64,000 nt of DNA from an uncultured Gammaproteobacteria bacterium (GTDB lineage Bacteria; Patescibacteriota; Patescibacteriia; Magasanikbacterales; GWA2-37-8): positions 24,835 through 88,834 of the forward strand of contig CAZINT010000004.1 of NCBI GenBank assembly GCA_964540825.1. Reading direction: 5' to 3'. The notes under the pieces were generated by a model. That model worked only from the letters and a program-made list of their open reading frames with translations. It did not search any database and had not been told where the DNA came from. The number at the start of each line of letters is the position of its first letter. Position 1 is the first letter of the stretch. A program made the position numbers and the translations under genes. Below, piece after piece: positions 63,863 to 64,000 of this stretch.

Positions 63863-64000
63863 CTATACTCCTGGGATAATATTATCTCCACTCAAAATAT
63901 CATCAAGTTTTTTCGTAATTTCAGCCATATCAAGCTTCTTTTCTTCCTTAGCGGCCGGGGCTTCAGGCGCAGCAGGAGCAGCAACCGGGGCGGCAGCTTT
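63863..64000 (-). CDS. rpsF: C-terminal tail of probable ribosomal protein S6 (partial)
   Basis: Open frame ...KAAAPVAAPAAPEAPAAKEEKKLDMAEITKKLDDILSGDNIIPGV*; position in canonical rpsF-ssb-rpsR order. Confidence 0.65.
   Translation of the reverse strand, partial: KAAAPVAAPAAPEAPAAKEEKKLDMAEITKKLDDILSGDNIIPGV

Overview
Chromosomal segment of a small-genome bacterium. Gene content, absence of Shine-Dalgarno (SD) motifs on native genes, GAGC-type lipobox and a MEMO-CapA fusion suggest Patescibacteria/CPR, ABY1-like (inference); standard code 11 is used. It holds housekeeping genes (rplA, gatB, ileS type 2, ruvA/ruvC, rpoBC, ftsK, recA, efp/epmA, rpsR-ssb-rpsF), a complete dCTP-to-dTDP operon, a de novo pyrimidine operon (pyrBICDEF), a pentose-phosphate cluster, an oxidative-stress cluster and tRNA-Gly(TCC). 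Main observations: (1) four scattered GC-rich orphan genes that, unlike almost all native genes, carry canonical SD sites and structured 3' UTRs while using AT-rich host-type promoters; (2) a pyrL-like leader-peptide attenuator before pyrB; (3) an ultrashort-Stem-I Ile T-box with an extra helix and a terminator; (4) an unannotated ~190-nt rod-shaped ncRNA (6S-like) with its own promoter and terminator; (5) a leader-peptide/terminator-controlled operon encoding a carnosine-synthase-like plus Ddl-like double ATP-grasp enzyme and two GNAT/Fem-like paralogs, convergent with an M49-like peptidase; (6) a four-helix-bundle gene bracketed by inverted heptamer arrays, with related empty palindromic arrays elsewhere; (7) a 46-aa protein that is 50% acidic and missing from the ORF track. 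All calls come from reading the sequence by eye; no searches or folding programs were run.
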